Source of the DNA: an uncultured delta proteobacterium
GTDB lineage: Bacteria > Desulfobacterota > Binatia > Binatales > Binataceae
Length of the DNA stretch: 64,000 nt
Direction of reading: 5' to 3'
Assembly (NCBI GenBank): GCA_963789835.1
Contig: CAWBMF010000003.1
Span: 441,068 to 505,067 of the forward strand
Positions 58,557 to 64,000 of the stretch are shown here, piece after piece. Numbering within the stretch: the first letter of the stretch is position 1; every line of letters starts with the position of its first letter. The notes beneath the pieces were generated by a model. The model was not told where the DNA came from. It did no database searches and saw only the letters and a program-made list of their open reading frames with translations. The translations under genes and the position numbers were made by a program.

Positions 58557-59270
58557 ATGGCAGGCAAGAAATATAAAGAAGCGCTCAAAAAGATCGATCG
58601 CGAAAAGCGCTACTCGCTCGAAGAAGCGGTCAAGCTGGTGGTCGACAACAAGGTCGCCAAGTTCGACGAGACGGTCGAAATCGCCGTGCGGCTCGGCGTC
58701 GATCCGCGCCAGGCCGATCAGAACGTCCGCGGCACTATCGTGCTGCCGCACGGCACCGGTTCGACCGCGCGCGTGCTGGTGGTGGCCAAGGGCGAGAAAG
58801 AGCGCGAGGCGCGCGAAGCGGGCGCCGACTTCGTCGGCGGCGACGACATCATTAAAAAGATACAGGAAGAGAACTGGCTCGACTTCGACCGCGTCATTGC
58901 CACGCCCGACATGATGGGCCAGGTCGGACGTATCGGCAAAATTCTCGGACCCCGCGGCCTGATGCCCAATCCGAAAGTCGGCACCGTCACCTTCGACGTC
59001 GCCAAGGCCGTCGCCGAAATCAAGGCCGGTAAGGTCGATTACCGCGTCGACAAGGCGGGCGTCGTCCACGCGCGCGTCGGCAAGCTGAGTTTCGGCGAGC
59101 AGAAGTTGCTCGACAACGTGCGCGCGCTGCTCGGTGCGATCGTTCGCTCCAAGCCGGCCAGCGCCAAGGGCAATTACGTGCGCAGCGTCGCGCTCGCCTC
59201 GACCATGGGCCCCGGTGTCCGCGTCGATACGGCGGTGGCGGCGCCCAAGGCGCTCGCGGCGGCAGCATAG
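58557..59270 (+). CDS. rplA: 50S ribosomal protein L1
   Basis: [27 protein letters not shown]...[10 protein letters not shown]. Confidence 0.95.
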   Translation: MAGKKYKEALKKIDREKRYSLEEAVKLVVDNKVAKFDETVEIAVRLGVDPRQADQNVRGTIVLPHGTGSTARVLVVAKGEKEREAREAGADFVGGDDIIKKIQEENWLDFDRVIATPDMMGQVGRIGKILGPRGLMPNPKVGTVTFDVAKAVAEIKAGKVDYRVDKAGVVHARVGKLSFGEQKLLDNVRALLGAIVRSKPASAKGNYVRSVALASTMGPGVRVDTAVAAPKALAAAA

Positions 59271-59314
59271 ATGATGATGGTTTTCGTTGGTGGGAGCTGG
59301 GTCGGTATAATTAG

Positions 59315-59875
59315 ATGAAGAAATCAGAAAAAACCGCGCTGGTCGAAAGTCTGTCGAGTAGTTTCGGCCGCGCCAGTATCGCGCTCGTGTCCGAATACCG
59401 CGGGATGACCGCGGCGGAATCGACCGAGATGCGCAAGCGCCTGCGCGCCGTGCGCGGCGAGATGCGTATCGCGAAGAACACGCTGGTCCGCCACGCTATC
59501 AAGGGCACCCGGTTCGAAGCGCTCGACACCAACCTCGGCGGGCAGGTCGGGTTGATTCTGAGCTACGAGGACCCGGTCGTCCTGGCGAAGACGTTCACGT
59601 CGTTCGGGCCGTTGGGCGAGAAGCTCAAGCTGCGCGGCGCCGTGCTCGACGGCAAGGCGCTCACGCCCGCCGAAGTGCAGGCGTTGGCGACGTTGCCGTC
59701 GCGCGAGGTGATTTTCAGCCAGTTGCTCGGCTTGCTCAACGCGCCGGCGACCCAATTGGTCCGCCTGCTCAACGAGCCCGGTTCGTACCTGGCGCGCGTG
59801 ATCGACGCGATTGGAAAGAAGAACGGCGCCGGCGCGGCGCCTGCCCGAAGTTCCGCCTGCGGCGGCCCCAACTGA
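59315..59875 (+). CDS. rplJ: 50S ribosomal protein L10
   Basis: MKKSEKTALVESLSSSFGRASIALVSEYRGMTAAESTEMRKRLR. Confidence 0.9.
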   Translation: MKKSEKTALVESLSSSFGRASIALVSEYRGMTAAESTEMRKRLRAVRGEMRIAKNTLVRHAIKGTRFEALDTNLGGQVGLILSYEDPVVLAKTFTSFGPLGEKLKLRGAVLDGKALTPAEVQALATLPSREVIFSQLLGLLNAPATQLVRLLNEPGSYLARVIDAIGKKNGAGAAPARSSACGGPN

Positions 59876-59947
59876 GGCGCCTCCGACTGAGGCTCCGCCG
59901 ACGGCAGCGGCGCCCGAGGCCTGACGAGTTGATTTGAATTTGAAGGT

Positions 59948-59965
59948 CGCGTGCAAGGGCACGCG
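59948..59965 (+). promoter_or_regulatory. perfect 7-bp stem / 4-nt loop hairpin in the rplJ-rplL intergenic region
   Basis: cgcgtgc-aagg-gcacgcg. Not followed by a U-tract, so more likely a processing/attenuation structure than an intrinsic terminator. Confidence 0.3.
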
Positions 59966-60062
59966 TGATGATTAGATTAAACGATCCGCTTAGCTCAAAA
60001 AAAAGAAGATTCTGGGGCGCTCCCACATCTCCCCGGATAGGTGAACAAGGAGAGAAGGTAAA

Positions 60063-60455
60063 ATGTCAGAAGCACAACTCAGCCGCGATCAGGTGAAGGA
60101 TTATCTGAAGAACCTCAGCCTGATGGAAGCAGCGGCTCTGGTTAAGGAACTCGAGACTGAGCTCGGCGTATCGGCTGCGGCTCCGGTCGCGGCAGCGGCT
60201 GCTCCGGCGGCCGGCGGTGGTGCGGCAGCGGCGGCGCCCGAGAAAGAAGAGTTCAACGTCGTGCTGACGGGCTCCGGCGACAAGAAGATCCAGGTGATCA
60301 AGGTCGTGCGCGAATTGACCGGACTCGGCCTGAAAGAGGCCAAGGACCTGGTCGACGGCGCGCCGAAGGCGGTCAAGGAAGGCGTCAACAAAGCCGAAGC
60401 CGAAGATATCAAGAAGAAGCTCGAGGCAGCGGGCGGCACGGTGGAGCTGAAGTAG
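60063..60455 (+). CDS. rplL: 50S ribosomal protein L7/L12
   Basis: Ala-rich hinge [21 protein letters not shown] and C-terminal domain [22 protein letters not shown]. Confidence 0.9.
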   Translation: MSEAQLSRDQVKDYLKNLSLMEAAALVKELETELGVSAAAPVAAAAAPAAGGGAAAAAPEKEEFNVVLTGSGDKKIQVIKVVRELTGLGLKEAKDLVDGAPKAVKEGVNKAEAEDIKKKLEAAGGTVELK

Positions 60456-60645
60456 GAAGGATTTAGTCTTTTTGACTTACAACAAGGGATCGGGGAATTC
60501 ACGCAGCGCGGCCTTGGCCGGCGTGCAGGAATTTCCAACGGTCTTTATCGATGAAGCCGTGGGCACGGGGGAGACCCCTGCGCCCGCGTCCTCTATTGCT
60601 TCACGGCGCGCCGAAGTTTGTGGCGCACGCACAGTGAGGTAGCTG

Positions 60646-64000
<3,355 letters not shown>

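Noticed and set aside
60456-60645. Possible rplL-rpoB attenuator or terminator
   Set aside because: Only imperfect inverted repeats (ggcacggggg…cccctgcgcc) without a following U-run; not convincing as an intrinsic terminator.

Overview
High-GC bacterial chromosomal window, probably from an Acidobacteria-like soil organism. Part of it is conserved housekeeping sequence: uppP; an hrcA-grpE-dnaK-dnaJ heat-shock operon; pyrE, aroE and rlmB; and a tRNA-Thr/Tyr/Gly/Thr cluster followed by rpmG, tRNA-Trp, secE, nusG, rplK, rplA, rplJ, rplL and the start of rpoB. The first 26 kb is accessory-like and mostly minus-strand. It holds a long copper/thiol-redox operon whose last gene is a cytochrome-oxidase-subunit-II-like cupredoxin with a modified CuA motif. 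The other genes of that operon are two SCO/SenC proteins, a PCYCGC protein, a TlpA thioredoxin, a lipoprotein, an outer-membrane beta-barrel, duplicated DUF2318 Cys-rich membrane proteins and a YHS protein. Downstream of the operon lie several large secreted proteins: a 1465-aa Cys-rich protein, an NHL-repeat lipoprotein, a beta-helix protein with a poly-Pro tract, a tandem-VWA lipoprotein coupled to a Cys-rich secreted protein, and a tandem L,D-transpeptidase. The middle of the window carries a REC / GAF-histidine kinase / FixJ signalling module with PPK2, a DUF3300 (frameshifted) + DUF2950 pair, a SulP transporter, and a tRNA-Met with a serine-recombinase remnant and an att-like repeat. It also carries a thiolase + DUF35 pair and a type III PKS + ICMT-like methyltransferase + DUF1614 cluster predicted to make phenolic lipids. 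Near the end, a three-gene operon ends in a frameshifted patatin-like phospholipase. All calls are from reading the sequence and ORF translations; no database searches were run.
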